Notes: generated by a model from the letters alone, not told the origin. Numbered from the stretch's first letter, positions 11,401-23,262 are shown. The stretch: 64,000 bases of DNA from Anaerohalosphaeraceae bacterium (GCA_963675525.2 CAXXSL010000018.1:51396-115395), one strand, 5' to 3'. Program-made: numbers and translations.

Positions 11401-13816
11401 TCATACAATGTATACAATCTGCTCCACTGAATATATCGAATGACCGTATGGATTCGATCACGGTTTGATAGCGATACCATTCCTCGCAATCCAAGTGATT
11501 GCGAATAAAATCAACCGAAGGGTTCGAGGGGTAATAAGGGCTACTACCCCTGCGCAGATTCCAGCGGATATTTTCATAATCCGAGGCATCGTCCACGGCG
11601 TTCTCGCCCTGATAGCGCAACTGTGTCGGCCCATCATAAACTTTGTCTGCTAATTTATACACATTGCCCTTGGGCAACCCCAGTCGGTCCAGGTGGGCTC
11701 CGTCATAATTTTCGAACGCAATATACAGACCCCAGAAATCGCCATTGTATTGTCCGTTTGATGTCGTGGGGGTTTCATCAACTCCGTCAATCACCCGGAA
11801 ATGCATCCAATAAGTGTGCGCTGCGGGAACGTCGGCAATGTCAAATAATTGCATATCGATGACTTCGTTGACGCCATAGGGATAGTGCCGCCAGTTTTCC
11901 CAGACAATTTTATTGCCCATCATTTTACCGGTATTCAGGTGCTGCCATTTGGATGGGAATTTTTTACCGTAAATGTCACGAGCCTGCAAATAATTACTGC
12001 GATTGAAACGGAGTTTCATTGAACGTTTTCCGGCAGCACCATTATTGTATCGTCCATTGCCGCCTCGCAGACGATAGCCGATGTGGTCATAGACCTTGCC
12101 GTCATAAACAAAGGCTCCTTCCCAGTTGTAAGCTCTCCCTGCGGCCTGTACAGTGGGGTTTGTTGTTCCCTGATCGATCTGATCGGACGAATTGTATCCG
12201 TTGCATTGGTATAAATCCGCAGACCGCGTAATCAAGGTATAAACCGGCAGCGTCGTCAGGGTGTCACCGCTGTAAACATGTCCCGCACCTTCCGGATCCA
12301 CAGAGGCATCGGTAGTAACGTAGTCAGGAACACCATCATAAACAAAGCAGGCAAAATTCAGTGAAGGATCATCGAAATACGGCACGCGAACAACATTATC
12401 GAGATCATCTGTTGCTTCAATTCGATAACGTAATAAAGAACGATTTGTTTGTGCTGAAATCTGAGAGGTGAAAATACCATCTCCCGCAACTTCATCCACG
12501 CTGCCCGGAAAGAGCCCTCCGTCGTCCCGCATCTTTACGGTTATCCAGTTCGCGGCATTCTCAAAATCCGGGTTAAGCGGCTGATCCTGGAAGGGATTAC
12601 TTATCAGGGATGAAATCGAAATCGGTAAATAAGCAGGAATGTAATCGCCCGGCGCAACAACCTGATACTTTAGATAAACTTGTTTAACACCATTAGAATC
12701 GGTAACTTTGGCTGTGATCGTGATCGGCTCGGTACTCAGGGGTTGCTGCGGCTCATGGTTGACCTGGCGAATTTGCGGTGGGACATTAACCGCGTAAACA
12801 CTGTTTATCGCTCCCGGTGTCGGCACCCCAAATGACAGTTCGGGTCGAGTGTTGGTATTGTATCCGGAACTGCGCCAACTTCCCGCAAGGTCATTATCCA
12901 GAGAAGGATTGATTAATTCCATCGAAGCACCTTCTCCATTGGCGGCGACCGGCCAGGGAAATTCACTGCTGTAATCGACCTCGTCAACTTTATTTCCATT
13001 GCCGTCACGCAGCACAAGCCGTTCGCCTTCGTTGCTAAGTTTGCCTTCAAACGGTCCGTGGCCGGTTACGCCGAATTTGCTTACGAATGCGATCGGATCC
13101 TGACAAACAACAACATAGGTCCCCGGGCTCATCGTGGGCATTGATGCGAAAGTATATCCAATAGCCCCTTCAAAGTACCAATCGTTTAAATTGACCGACA
13201 TAGTCCCGGCATTATACAGTTCGATATATTCGACTTGTTCAGTATTATTGTCCGGGTGATAGTGGATTTCATTAATCACAACGTCAGGCACCGGTACAGT
13301 TACAGTATACGTGCCTGTCGTTGTCGTAGTGGCTCCGTCATTAATTTGCACGGCTTCACTGGCCGGTGTATCCCAGCCGGTAATTGAACTGTAGGAAACC
13401 GTATGAGAGCCAACGAAAATACCTGTTTGGGTGTCGCCACTGTTATGCCAGATTCCATTATCCACGCGCCACTGGGCGCCGGCCGTCCTTGCCCCTGCAG
13501 GCTCAATCGTAACCTGCAAAGACCCTTCGGGCGTACCCGCAACAAGCCAGTTCTGAGACAGAACTGAAAAATCCCCCTGATTAACTCCATCATTTCCAAC
13601 AAAATCGGCACACTCATCTTCGTGTCCGATGCAGCCGACCGAGTCAAGCCATTGATCTGCAAAAATGACCAAGTCCTCAAATCCGACCGCACAGTCACCG
13701 CTTAAATCTCCCTGCGGACATGCTCCTCCTGCGTTTATCGAGAGGGTAAGAGTTGATAATAATAAAACAATTGTGCATAAGAGTGCCTTTGATTTATTCC
13801 TCACCATAATGATCAT
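8480..13816 (-). CDS. Secreted lamin-tail-domain / CotH-kinase-family protein with N-terminal dockerin-like motifs
   Basis: Signal peptide; [17 protein letters not shown] and [17 protein letters not shown]; repeated VVINE..EYIELYN LTD units; central [20 protein letters not shown] CotH-like region. Confidence 0.8.
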   Translation of the reverse strand: MIIMVRNKSKALLCTIVLLLSTLTLSINAGGACPQGDLSGDCAVGFEDLVIFADQWLDSVGCIGHEDECADFVGNDGVNQGDFSVLSQNWLVAGTPEGSLQVTIEPAGARTAGAQWRVDNGIWHNSGDTQTGIFVGSHTVSYSSITGWDTPASEAVQINDGATTTTTGTYTVTVPVPDVVINEIHYHPDNNTEQVEYIELYNAGTMSVNLNDWYFEGAIGYTFASMPTMSPGTYVVVCQDPIAFVSKFGVTGHGPFEGKLSNEGERLVLRDGNGNKVDEVDYSSEFPWPVAANGEGASMELINPSLDNDLAGSWRSSGYNTNTRPELSFGVPTPGAINSVYAVNVPPQIRQVNHEPQQPLSTEPITITAKVTDSNGVKQVYLKYQVVAPGDYIPAYLPISISSLISNPFQDQPLNPDFENAANWITVKMRDDGGLFPGSVDEVAGDGIFTSQISAQTNRSLLRYRIEATDDLDNVVRVPYFDDPSLNFACFVYDGVPDYVTTDASVDPEGAGHVYSGDTLTTLPVYTLITRSADLYQCNGYNSSDQIDQGTTNPTVQAAGRAYNWEGAFVYDGKVYDHIGYRLRGGNGRYNNGAAGKRSMKLRFNRSNYLQARDIYGKKFPSKWQHLNTGKMMGNKIVWENWRHYPYGVNEVIDMQLFDIADVPAAHTYWMHFRVIDGVDETPTTSNGQYNGDFWGLYIAFENYDGAHLDRLGLPKGNVYKLADKVYDGPTQLRYQGENAVDDASDYENIRWNLRRGSSPYYPSNPSVDFIRNHLDCEEWYRYQTVIESIRSFDIFSGADCIHCMKNVAWYFTPPYTAENSYYGKVQFMPFDIDDSWGPFFNYGINHGKSAIYDIGFEGDHDLDQYSIDPAKSALKQEYRNYIREFRDLLWQPEVIDPMIAELASVISDIVPADRDRWKEDPTPGGAIDNGTLEDNLALMYQFAWTPGDFYGRYYWVGTSNNLDNLGGAEDDSTNIPNTPTISYIGTAGYPENDLQFQTTAFSDPQGSGTFAAMKWRIAEVEPASGSAQTVTLLDQNATWKYFKGTEEPSSSWNLNGFNDGGWLSGPASIGFADGDDLTVLSDMEDNYPSVYLRNTFTVADTTQIETLKLHVYVDDGCIIYINGTEVARRYCSAGDKDYDDTTETGDHEADWQTGTYEVVTLTGPYSYLINGANVIAVHALQATVGSSDFSIDVSITADLGASAPPVSILSKKKYELQAVWESDELTPFNSDVLIPADGVTTGKTYRVRCKMKDTTGRWSHWSAPVEFVAGAALGTDLRDHLRITEVMYNNGDAEFIELQNTGTTQLDLRDASFTSGVEFVFLGSAVEFLDPGAFVLVIKDQAAFQAQYGTTWNSQIAGTFVDSSLSNGGENLKLEDTWDGTIVEFEYNDARGWPIAADGAGHSLVPLSAAIDPSQPLRVLNFGGNWRQSTYIGGSPGEADPTPAAGVVINEFMAHTDYPVPPHESNDWIELYNAGGSTVSLNGNWYLSDDIDDLKKYALPVSSLSSGGHVSYDQVTHFNPDGTGPNGWGLDKAGDEIFLSYLPGTTGVDRVVDCIPFKGQENSVSLGRYPDGGNYWFSMNPATRNGANNNAVLHVVINEFMYHPTEGTAKEEYVELYNSTGSSVPLTTVLPLAGTRGWALDGAVDYEFPAGTPALANNGRILVVGFDPTDTGLLDAFEAAYGTGNLTAGVDIFGPWSGDLSNGGERLTLEKPQDSDDPLDPLTVSWIIVDECIYNDSWPWPSEPDGTGLALHRISSGVAASGSDPANWQANTPTAGW

Positions 13817-13963
13817 ACCCTAACAATGATTTAGTATTGCCTATTAATGATCTTTGAATCTCATGAACTTTTAATTCACTCCAGACAAACCTTTTTTTTG
13901 AAGTCAGAAATTTGTTTTTATTCTGAATCTTCGACATCCAATAACGAGTAGACGAAAACACGG

Positions 13964-13995
13964 ATTATTACTTTTAAATTGCTAAAAAGTAATAA
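13964..13995 (-). terminator. AT-rich hairpin downstream of the GH51 gene
   Basis: TTATTACTTTT...AAAAGTAATAA inverted repeat about 25 nt after the stop at 14020. Confidence 0.4.
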
Positions 13996-14019
13996 TACTT
14001 TTTTTCTTAAAATAGCTGT

Positions 14020-17000
14020 TTACTGTGCCAGCAGAGCATCCAAAACTTCCTGGGTCACTTTGAAGACGGTGCCGTGCCGAGTCCCGCTGGGGAAAGATAT
14101 TTCACTCCTTCTATCCGTCCAGCTTGCCAAATCGGTCGATGACTGGCCTCCCATATAGCTGGAGGTATAAGCATCATAATAGAGAACCCATTCCTGCCCG
14201 ACCTTGACCATCGAAGGCCCTTCCACCCACAGACCGCCCGGTGTAATCGAAGCGGAGGGTGGTACGTCGTAGGGACCTGCAACATTATCACTGAATGTAA
14301 TACGAATATTCTTACCGGAATTCCTTTCATCCTTCAGAACCATTGCATAGCGATCACCATCTTTGGCAATGAAGCCGTCAATACAACTCCAGCCGGGATC
14401 ATAGAACAGAGCCGTATCCGTATAGGTCACAAAATCCTCTGTCGAGATATAATAGATACGGTGACCGTCGATCCCACTTCCAATCAATGTCGATGACCAG
14501 AATATAAGATATTTTCCGGTCGCCTCATCATAAAAGATCTCCGGTGCCCAACAATTATCAACATTCGGCAGATCAGATGGTAAATAGGTTTGTGTTGACC
14601 AGTCGATCAGGTCCGATGAATGGGCAATTCCGATGCCGTCATCATTCCAGCCTGTCGTCCAGACCATGTGGAATATTCCGTCAGGTCCCTGGCAGATACT
14701 GGGATCCCGCATCAGATTGCTGCCGATCGTCGGGGTCACAAACGTGGTATTATTCTTCAGCGCCGCAAAGGTCAGCCCGTCATTGCTGTAAGCCAAATGC
14801 AGGCCGTCACCATTGCCCTGGAAGAAACTATATAAATACTCCGTCTTATGGGGCTGAGTTGTCTTGACCGTCACCACGCCAGCCGAATACCCCGGCATGA
14901 TAAACCGAAGCACCTGATTGTCCAGCCCGATGACTTTGGCCTTAACCGCAACGGCTGACGGATTGGCGAGCGTGTTTCGGGCATATAGATCGCCCGGCGC
15001 CACATAATGCATATAGGCACTTTCCGCTACGAACGAACTGTCAATCTCAAACGCAACGGATTTATCGCCTGCGTCCGGATTGACCACGTGAATATACAGT
15101 GTCTGTTCATCTTCTGAAAGCACCGAGGATACATTCATGTCTGTATCAGTACCGGTCGTTTCCACGCGGTTTGGAGCATAATGGTCCCACCACAGCTTCA
15201 TCACGACATAATTCGGCGCCGCAAACCAGCCTGTATGGTCAAAATTGATAAACGCATTATCCCAGCCACTGGCCGATTGGTGGCGCAAAAATAGAGCCGG
15301 GCCACCGATCTTGAATACATCTCCCTGCCGTTCATAGGTATTCAATATCCCGCCGGCAAACAGCCCCGTACGCCAGTCGGTACTTTGCGCGTTCCATTCC
15401 GAATTATAAATCTTCATATCCGGGTTGGCGGAGGTTGCGATATAGTTGGCAAGATTAATGATGTAATTTTCATAGTTTGCGGGACCGGATTTGAAATTGT
15501 CTGGACCTTCGTAATAGTGAACACTGATGTAATCAATATTTGCCGCGCAGCTATCAATGATGTCGTGATTCCAGTTTTGGTCATATCCACCGCTGCCGAC
15601 GGCGCTGATCTGAATCGGAACACCAAGTTCTACCGCCTTGGCCTGCATTGCCGGAGCAAACGCCTGCACCGCAGCGATATAAGCCGCGGAACCGGCATCC
15701 CAGGTTTCGTTATCGATTTCCCAGAACTCAACATTATACGGAGCCGGATGGCCGTTGGCGGCACGAACCGCACCCCATGTGGTCGTAACCGCGTCTCCGT
15801 TACAGTACTCCATCCAGTCCAGAGCGTCCTGTATATAGTTCGCCTGAGTGTCGGGCGACAGTTTCCACTGTGCGGGAGCACCGCAGGCACTGTTAAGGAT
15901 GCCTGTATTGATGCAAATCAGAGGTTCTGCACCAATATCCTCGCACATCTGGAGAAACTCATCGGTTCCGTAGGAATTCGTATCCTGATCGTCCCACATA
16001 TAAGCGGAATATCGACGACGTGTATGTTGAGGACCAATGCCGTCTTTCCACAAATACAGCGAAGCAAAACAACCACCCGGCCAGCGAATGATCGGGGGGC
16101 GCAACTCTTCGACTGCTTCCAGCAGGTCCGGGCGATAGCCGCCTGTGTCAATAGAATCCTGCCCCATCATACTGACCTGATCAATATTCACTGTACCCGC
16201 GCCGAGCAGCGTAATACGCAGACTGCCGTTGTTAGTGGCAACAGAGGGCGTAATTTGGAACGGATATTCCGCCCAGCTCGCTGTCGGAGCCGACAGGGTT
16301 GACTGCCCCAGAACTGTCGTCCCGTCGAGAAATTCAACCTTAACACCGGCCGGCAGTGTTCCCTTCATCCACACAGAACCGTGATAGGCCTGCTGAGTAA
16401 ATTTAAAGTCATCCTGCTGCAGTCCCGTTGCACTGCCGTCTCCGATAATCTGAACACCAAGGTCATCGTTCAGAGCATCCGCAACAATCGATGCATTGCC
16501 TGTCCCGAAAACGGTCCAGAAATCTGCGCCAAACGAAGAAGCCGGCAGAGTGGGCAATCCGCTGAACAGCACCGTCGAGCCTGGAATCTCCGTAACCTGA
16601 ATATTGCGATATCGCGCCTGCGTCTCCCAGGTACCCAGTCCAACCATGCCTGTCAAGTGGGGACTGTTCGTATCGGTAAAATCGATAATGGGACTGGGAT
16701 TGCTTCCTTCATCCAGCCAAACCTGAATATGATTGCCTTCGCAGCGAACACGAATATCATACCACTGGCCGGTGGTGATACTGCCGGAAACAGTTGAACT
16801 GACGGTACTTCGGGTACCGTTGACTTCTTTTTCAATGGCATGCTGGGTGTTCCCCCAGCCGCCGATGTTGCACCAATAGAAATTATCGCTGTCCGGCGCT
16901 CGAAACAGAATCAAAAAGGCTTCGTTACCGCCGTCTTTTCGAGCCTCGAGCGTCATTTCATAGTCGCCCCAGCCCGTGTCGCCGAATTCCATGTGAACAT

Positions 17001-18522
17001 CCGTTGCCAAACTGGACTGAACAAGGTCACTTCCGTCTATCGACCAAATACCGCCTCCGCTGCCGCTCAATTCAAAACTGCGGTTCCAGACCATCTCCCC
17101 CCAAAGACCACCATTAGCGGAATGGTAAATATGTTCCAGAAAATGACCGTAGACTTTTTCATCAATCGTATTAACAATGTTGGTTGTATCGACAAAGAAC
17201 GGCTGGCTGGATTCCTGAATAGAGCGGTTATACAGATTTTCGTCGTAGGCCAATGTGTTTACCAGCCAATCGACGGCAACTTCCTGGATATTAAGCGGAG
17301 TCTCCGTCACAAGCCATAAACTGCCAAACCGCGCAAAATCTTCAAGGTTAACCACACAGTCAAAATTATAATCCGCTTCCAGATAGCCCCAGATACCGCA
17401 GGCATCTTCCTCGATATAGACCTTAACGTCACGAACCGCGATCCCGTTGTAATTCAGATCGTTGCTTTGTACAGCATGCTGGATCGTTTCGATCTCATTA
17501 AGGACAACTCCGGCATCGGCGATCGAAACAGTAATCGTCCGGGGCTGGTCCCAATTTTGATCAGTAAAGGTTAATATATGATCAATTCCTGAACCGCTAC
17601 CGACACTCAATCCCTCCGGAGGTGTGATAGTAACTGTCACATCGTCAAGAGGCGCTTGTGCTAATACAATATCGTAGTCATCCGTATAAACCGTATCACC
17701 GTCAAAAAGCAGGGTTTTGCCTTCCGTCTCAGTAATTGTCACAGGAGTATAGCCGAGGAATTCATTCGGTGCCAATACGGTATCACTGAAACGTACATTA
17801 TCAAAATAGCCGTTAATATGATCAACAAAGCTGCCGTTATACCAGCCGCGGCCGAATGTCCAATTGACGCCGGAAGCGGCCAAGGCATTCTCAGCGGGTG
17901 TTTGGAATGAAATGTCAAGTGATCCGACGATCTGATAGCCGTTACCGTCCAGTTTATCACAATACATCGTCAGGGTCACCCCGTCACTTATCAGTGCCAG
18001 GTGATACCATTGAGCGGATTGGACAGCAAAGTCAGCATCTAATGTCCAGCGCTGTCCGGTTACGGTTTCATAATTGATACGAAATGCCCCGTCGACATTG
18101 TTCCTTTGCAGATAAAAGTCCGATTCTGAATCGCCGTTACTCGATCCATCACGACCAATGAGGGTTTCCCAACCGGAAACATCGTCCAATCTGACTGAAA
18201 TTTCTATCGTCCAGACCTCTGGGGACCAGGCATTAATGGTTGCATTGGTCGTATAGCCGTCCTGAGAACCATTGCAATAGCCGCTTAGACCGCTGCCGGC
18301 GGGTGTCTGGTCGGAAAATGAAGGACCGTATGTTGAGTCATAGCCTCGCATAATATACCCGTTTGCAATATCTTCGGAGCCGCTGCTCGGCATACTTGAA
18401 AACGGAATTCCATTTGTGCCGTCTTCAAAGTCCCAATGAGCAATCGTTGCAGCCGATAACGACGAGACAAACAGACAGATTACGAAGAACAAAACAACGT
18501 TGAAATACGAGGCAGATTTCAT
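14020..18522 (-). CDS. Multimodular alpha-L-arabinofuranosidase: LamG + Ig-like + dockerin-like + GH51 + C-terminal GH43-like propeller
   Basis: YGHFLEHI, RWPGGCFA, YGTDEF, WEIDNETW, SEWN (GH51); GLHLAYSNDG, RDPSI, WAPE, EGP (GH43-like); ADYNFDCVVNLEDF..WL dockerin-like motif. Confidence 0.88.
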   Translation of the reverse strand: MKSASYFNVVLFFVICLFVSSLSAATIAHWDFEDGTNGIPFSSMPSSGSEDIANGYIMRGYDSTYGPSFSDQTPAGSGLSGYCNGSQDGYTTNATINAWSPEVWTIEISVRLDDVSGWETLIGRDGSSNGDSESDFYLQRNNVDGAFRINYETVTGQRWTLDADFAVQSAQWYHLALISDGVTLTMYCDKLDGNGYQIVGSLDISFQTPAENALAASGVNWTFGRGWYNGSFVDHINGYFDNVRFSDTVLAPNEFLGYTPVTITETEGKTLLFDGDTVYTDDYDIVLAQAPLDDVTVTITPPEGLSVGSGSGIDHILTFTDQNWDQPRTITVSIADAGVVLNEIETIQHAVQSNDLNYNGIAVRDVKVYIEEDACGIWGYLEADYNFDCVVNLEDFARFGSLWLVTETPLNIQEVAVDWLVNTLAYDENLYNRSIQESSQPFFVDTTNIVNTIDEKVYGHFLEHIYHSANGGLWGEMVWNRSFELSGSGGGIWSIDGSDLVQSSLATDVHMEFGDTGWGDYEMTLEARKDGGNEAFLILFRAPDSDNFYWCNIGGWGNTQHAIEKEVNGTRSTVSSTVSGSITTGQWYDIRVRCEGNHIQVWLDEGSNPSPIIDFTDTNSPHLTGMVGLGTWETQARYRNIQVTEIPGSTVLFSGLPTLPASSFGADFWTVFGTGNASIVADALNDDLGVQIIGDGSATGLQQDDFKFTQQAYHGSVWMKGTLPAGVKVEFLDGTTVLGQSTLSAPTASWAEYPFQITPSVATNNGSLRITLLGAGTVNIDQVSMMGQDSIDTGGYRPDLLEAVEELRPPIIRWPGGCFASLYLWKDGIGPQHTRRRYSAYMWDDQDTNSYGTDEFLQMCEDIGAEPLICINTGILNSACGAPAQWKLSPDTQANYIQDALDWMEYCNGDAVTTTWGAVRAANGHPAPYNVEFWEIDNETWDAGSAAYIAAVQAFAPAMQAKAVELGVPIQISAVGSGGYDQNWNHDIIDSCAANIDYISVHYYEGPDNFKSGPANYENYIINLANYIATSANPDMKIYNSEWNAQSTDWRTGLFAGGILNTYERQGDVFKIGGPALFLRHQSASGWDNAFINFDHTGWFAAPNYVVMKLWWDHYAPNRVETTGTDTDMNVSSVLSEDEQTLYIHVVNPDAGDKSVAFEIDSSFVAESAYMHYVAPGDLYARNTLANPSAVAVKAKVIGLDNQVLRFIMPGYSAGVVTVKTTQPHKTEYLYSFFQGNGDGLHLAYSNDGLTFAALKNNTTFVTPTIGSNLMRDPSICQGPDGIFHMVWTTGWNDDGIGIAHSSDLIDWSTQTYLPSDLPNVDNCWAPEIFYDEATGKYLIFWSSTLIGSGIDGHRIYYISTEDFVTYTDTALFYDPGWSCIDGFIAKDGDRYAMVLKDERNSGKNIRITFSDNVAGPYDVPPSASITPGGLWVEGPSMVKVGQEWVLYYDAYTSSYMGGQSSTDLASWTDRRSEISFPSGTRHGTVFKVTQEVLDALLAQ

Positions 18523-18567
18523 TAGAACCCCCTAAACATAGTTTTTATTGACAAAGTCATCAAACAA

Positions 18568-18601
18568 TCCACTCCGGCATGGCATGCCATGCCGGAGTGG
18601 A
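18568..18601 (-). terminator. Perfect 34-bp palindrome, terminator/stabiliser hairpin
   Basis: TCCACTCCGGCATGGCATGCCATGCCGGAGTGGA equals its own reverse complement; followed by TTGTTTG on the minus strand, 38 nt after the stop at 18639. Confidence 0.7.
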
Positions 18602-18638
18602 CGAAAATTCAAACATTACTTGCAATATAACCCTATTC

Positions 18639-21075
18639 TTACCAAGTACAGGAGGAAGTCGGGATACGCTGGCATTCCAGCCATTCCGATGCCACCAAGG
18701 CAAAATCAGGCAGATTTACGCGACAATCGTTGTTCAAATCAAAGGCAGCAAGCTCACTGTCATCCGCATTCACGCAAACCCATGTATTGGCCACGGTATC
18801 AGTATACATCGTTGCGATCTCTGTGGATGTCAGCGGATAACTGTACATCCGGACTTCACTGATAGCAGCATCAACCGCATTACCAGTTCCACCTGCATCA
18901 TCGCCGCCGATCTGAACCGGTCTGGCCGGAAGCGGAGCTGTCGACAAATCTCTTACGCTGGTCGAATCTCCAGTATCCTGATCACCATCGGTATATACCC
19001 GAATCGTTGTATCCGTCGGATCATAGGTGACCGTCAGCATGTGCCACTGGCCATCTTTGATGTCAGGGGTACTGTCACCATATGTTCCCTCCCACGGGCT
19101 TTCGATAATGAATGTTAAAGTACGGATTCGCATCTGCACCATACAACCAGCCGGCTTGGCCAATATCAAACTTCGACATCGGCAGTTTCCAGCCGGAATC
19201 TCCATAATACTTAAACCAGAGACTGAATGTAAAGCCGTCTTCGTAGAAGTTAAAGAATTCAGGTTCAGGCAATTCCATGAATTCACCATCATTAAAAAAC
19301 CGCATCCCATTGCCGGCCGGACCATTCGGATCCGGAGCGGTAACATAGTTCGGATCGCCATTATTCATATATCCGTCATGGGTAACAGCCCCGGTAACTT
19401 CGGTAGCAACCGAGTCAAGCATATCGCCATTCAATTTCCAATACCCTACTAAACGCGGCATGACTAACCATGCTTCGCGAGAAGGATCAGAGGATGTTCC
19501 GCCTGCATCCGGATCGCCATTGTAAGCGATGCAATAAAACGCAGCTTCATCAGCAAGTGTTGCGCCTGTGATGGTCAATGTTACCGTTTGCGTGCCGGAA
19601 TAAATACCTCCGTCACTCAATTGAGTATCCGGATCGCCAACCTTAAACCACCGGTAATCAGTCGCCGTAGAAGATGCTGTTACGCTAAAGGATGCGTTTC
19701 CGCTGCCATCAGCGACAGCAGGTCTCGGTTGCGTAAGGAATGTGGGTGTAGCGGCTACCGTGTAGAATGACCAGACAGGCCCAAAAATGTTATTGGGGTC
19801 ACTGGCAACACGAGGATTGCCTGTCCCGTCATCGAGGCCTTCTACGACCTGCCATTGATAAAAACTGCCGTCATCAAGCGTCAACGGTCCGTACGCAACA
19901 TTCGGGTCGGTCAGATTCGGGTTTGCGTTATGCACCTGATCTACATAACCATCCAGCGTTAAGTTAGGATCCTCACCACTGATCGAGACATAGACATAAT
20001 GTCTCAAAATGGCTGGATTAACCGGATACTGGGTCTCGGTGTTCGGATCCTTGCCCGCTTTGAAATTAAGCGTCACTTCGGCATCATAATTCGGAGCCGT
20101 ACCCACCAGTGTACCCACGGTACCGTCGGCTTCATTGACCGGTTGGGGATCCGGACCGTAAGCAGCAAGCCCTCCAGGACCGATTTCCATAAGCAAATGA
20201 TCCCGGTGCCAGAGGCTCATCAGAAATCGCCACCAAATCAATCCTGCCCGGCGAAACGAAGCGGTCCCCTGTCCCGTTATTGTATGTACCACATGCTACC
20301 GTCCATGAGCCGCCGTTTATGGCAAATGTGGCGGAATCGTAAGCGTCAACAATGATCGAGGAATCCGAACTGGTGGACAAATCTGCAGTGGCAACGATGT
20401 CCCAAGTCCTCACTGGCATCAAGATCTCTCAGATAGAGATTCAGTGTCGTACCGTCACTGACGGCAGCCGCATGATTACCATGTACCGGCAACAAGTGGT
20501 GAAGTCGTAGAACGCGCATCATGATAGGCACCGGTAACATCGATATACTCACAGTTTATGTTTGCACCTGAACGTTCAGCCAGATACAACGCTGCGATAC
20601 TTTGATTGCTCGCACCGGGGAGCTGATATCCAATACGCCCTACCATGGTGCGGTTTGTTCCGGCGGTTGCCTGGAAAACGCACTCAATCGTCCACTCATG
20701 CGGGCTCCAGGCATCGAGGTCAACGCCGGCAGGCTGACTGCCTACAGAATCCGTACGCGAATCCGGCCAATCGTTCGTAGCCTCCATAGCGAAATCGCCA
20801 TCATAACTTATGGCGGTCCACTTCATCCACGAACTGGTCCAGGCACTCAGGTGATTACCGTTACCGGATAAATCCTTCGAACTGATCACAAAATCCTCCG
20901 GACCGAATCCGGCAGGGGGCACATCCGTAGCTTCACGTGAGGCATTGCCCGGCATAAAAGCCTGGTCAGCAGCGCCCGCGTCAGCCATATCCCAGTAGGC
21001 AATCGTCGCTGCCGATACCGGCAGTGATAACGTCAGCACTACTGTTATCATTATTAGAATATTTATTTTTCTCAT
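18639..21075 (-). pseudogene. LamG-Ig-LamG-dockerin-like secreted protein interrupted by four +1 insertions (pseudogene or consensus error)
   Basis: Five ORF-track pieces join into one 810-aa protein on removing one base each near 20476, 20404, 20196 and 19116 (2437-4=2433 nt = 811 codons). Paralogous to 21127-23262. Confidence 0.85.
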
Positions 21076-21126
21076 AATTAAACTCTCCCAGTAAGGTTAG
21101 TTTATTTTTTTTTATCCAAACGACGG

Positions 21127-23262
21127 TTACCAACTGCAAGCCGATGTTGGAACACGTTCGCACTCAACCCACATACCGGCTATTGCCGCAATGTCGTCCA
21201 GATTCACTCGGCAATCTCCGGTGACATCATAAGTCAGCGGATTTACGGAGTCTTCCACACAAACGTATTCACCGGTGACATCGTAATAAAGCGTCGCAAC
21301 TTCATCTTCCGTCAACGCATAGCTGTATATCCGCAAGTCGTCAACCATACCATCGTAGTAAGGATCGGGCCACTGACTCTTGGCAATAAAACTCGTCGCC
21401 TTGCTGAAATCAGTCGGATTGATCGTGATGGCTGTGTTTTCGCCCGCGAAATCACCGTTGACATACAAGGTCCCCGTATTGCCTTCCAGCGTAAACGTAA
21501 CCTGTACCCACTCGTCCGCAGCAAGAGGAGAAACATTGATCCCCTGCTCGGCGATGGCCGGTGTTCGCATCGCAAAACGCATGTTGGTACCATTAGACGG
21601 TGCCAGGAACAGATACTCGTCTGTACCATCACCAAAGTCCCACAGACGCTGCCAGTTGGCGCCGCCTCTCCAGAAGTACCAACCGGCGATCGTAATATCT
21701 TCATAGTCAACTACATCTCCGGGAACTTCACAGTATACCCGATTCGGGTCTTCCGTACTGGCGTTAGCAAACAGCAAGCTGTTGGTGCCTGTCATTCCGC
21801 TGATTACGTTCGGCTCCAGGGTTGGAAGGAGCGCCGATGCCGTGCCTGTGCTTGTCAGGTGCATATCATAACCGTCTATTGTATCCGGAGTAAAACTGTT
21901 GGCGTCGGCAACATTGATAACCTCCATTGGATATTGACTTGCCAGACGACGCGTCATTAAACGTCCCGGATCTGAAAGTATCGGGGTTGGAAACGCATCA
22001 GACGAGATTTCACAATAATAGTTCCCCTCATCCGCTTTAACCGCGCCTGTAAGGGTTAGAGTATTGGTTGTACTTAGTGTCGTCCCGGAATCATTTTCAT
22101 GATACCATCTGTAATAATCTGTATTGGAGGCGACAACGCTGATAGTCGCGTTCCCCGCTGCATCCGCAAGCGTATAAGCGGCAGGTTGTTGAACAAAGAA
22201 AGGAGTTTCCGGTAATGTCGTAAACGTCATGCCGACACCCTGATAAGCAACCGCACCGTCATCAATGGTATCGACTCTCCAATAATAGGGTGTGTCGAAA
22301 GCAAGCTGGCCTGACGTAAGCGTATGGGCCGGAGAAACCAAACCCAATACGGTAATGTCGCTGTAGCCGCTCACGTCGGGAACGTTCGGATCGGCAACAT
22401 TGGGATCAATACCCACATAGAGGTTATAACTGTCCACGACCAAAGGAATTCCCGCATCCATTGTCCACGCCAGATCAACGCCCAACTCTTTGTCAACGAC
22501 TGCCCCATAGGCCGGGGACATGGTCCGAAGAACGAGCGGTTTCGGATCGTCCGGTCCGAAGTTATTGGTGTAGGCAACTTCGCCCGGATTCAGCGCTTTA
22601 TTGTAAATACGGAATTCATGGATCGAGCCGTTCCATTCCGGGTCGTTCAGATATCCACCTCTGCCGAGTAACGCCAATTCGGTTGAAATCGCGCTGATGT
22701 AATTATTAACGGACAATGCGGAGGTCTCCATTAACTCACCATCAATAAATAATGAAATCTGAGTATCATCCAAACTGGCTACCATGTGGTGCTGAAGGCC
22801 GTCATCGTATTCAGGACCATCGCCTGAGCTTTCAGTTGCCCATGGATCCGTCGTGTTGTTGGTACAAATCGCAGCACGGCTGATATCGTCCTCGCGAGCG
22901 CTCGTCATCATGAAGTAATTGATACCCATCCAGGTGGTTGACGCATTATTACCTCCCAGATAAGCCAGCATGGTAAAACCTGTATTCCCGCTGGTAACGG
23001 GGGTGTACCACATTTCCATAGAAATGGCATCATAGCTGTTGGCATCGATACCGGCGGCATCCATTTCCAGTATGTCATCGACACCGTCCAACACCAGCGA
23101 ACCGCCGGTCACAACCGCATCGCCGACCAGCACACTTTCCAGCCCGCCAACGACGTCATTGGCGTCCACGGCAAAATCGTACCGGTGCGTAATCGCTCCC
23201 GATACCTGCATTGACATAGCAAGTGCTAATACAATCATGATTAATAAGTTTAATTTCTTCAT
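21127..23262 (-). CDS. Secreted LamG-Ig-LamG protein with C-terminal dockerin-like motif
   Basis: Start at ATG 23262 (AGGGGA RBS). GSIHEFRIYNKAL and GMVDDLRIYSYAL LamG ends; ADEGNYYC Ig motif; YDVTGDCRVNLDDI..W. Confidence 0.85.
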   Translation of the reverse strand: MKKLNLLIMIVLALAMSMQVSGAITHRYDFAVDANDVVGGLESVLVGDAVVTGGSLVLDGVDDILEMDAAGIDANSYDAISMEMWYTPVTSGNTGFTMLAYLGGNNASTTWMGINYFMMTSAREDDISRAAICTNNTTDPWATESSGDGPEYDDGLQHHMVASLDDTQISLFIDGELMETSALSVNNYISAISTELALLGRGGYLNDPEWNGSIHEFRIYNKALNPGEVAYTNNFGPDDPKPLVLRTMSPAYGAVVDKELGVDLAWTMDAGIPLVVDSYNLYVGIDPNVADPNVPDVSGYSDITVLGLVSPAHTLTSGQLAFDTPYYWRVDTIDDGAVAYQGVGMTFTTLPETPFFVQQPAAYTLADAAGNATISVVASNTDYYRWYHENDSGTTLSTTNTLTLTGAVKADEGNYYCEISSDAFPTPILSDPGRLMTRRLASQYPMEVINVADANSFTPDTIDGYDMHLTSTGTASALLPTLEPNVISGMTGTNSLLFANASTEDPNRVYCEVPGDVVDYEDITIAGWYFWRGGANWQRLWDFGDGTDEYLFLAPSNGTNMRFAMRTPAIAEQGINVSPLAADEWVQVTFTLEGNTGTLYVNGDFAGENTAITINPTDFSKATSFIAKSQWPDPYYDGMVDDLRIYSYALTEDEVATLYYDVTGEYVCVEDSVNPLTYDVTGDCRVNLDDIAAIAGMWVECERVPTSACSW

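Noticed and set aside
13951..13967. ACACGGATT as a fourth att scar (also a weak match near 8281-8299)
   Set aside because: Only about 9 bp match and no IHF or arm-like repeats; compatible with chance.
15385..16302. 305-aa plus-strand ORF and the many other short ORFs overlapping long genes
   Set aside because: Antisense or alternate-frame shadows of well-supported CDSs.
19110..20480. Programmed frameshifting or a diversity-generating retroelement behind the split LamG gene
   Set aside because: No slippery heptamers, no reverse transcriptase and no template/variable repeat pair seen; four independent shifts are implausible as recoding.
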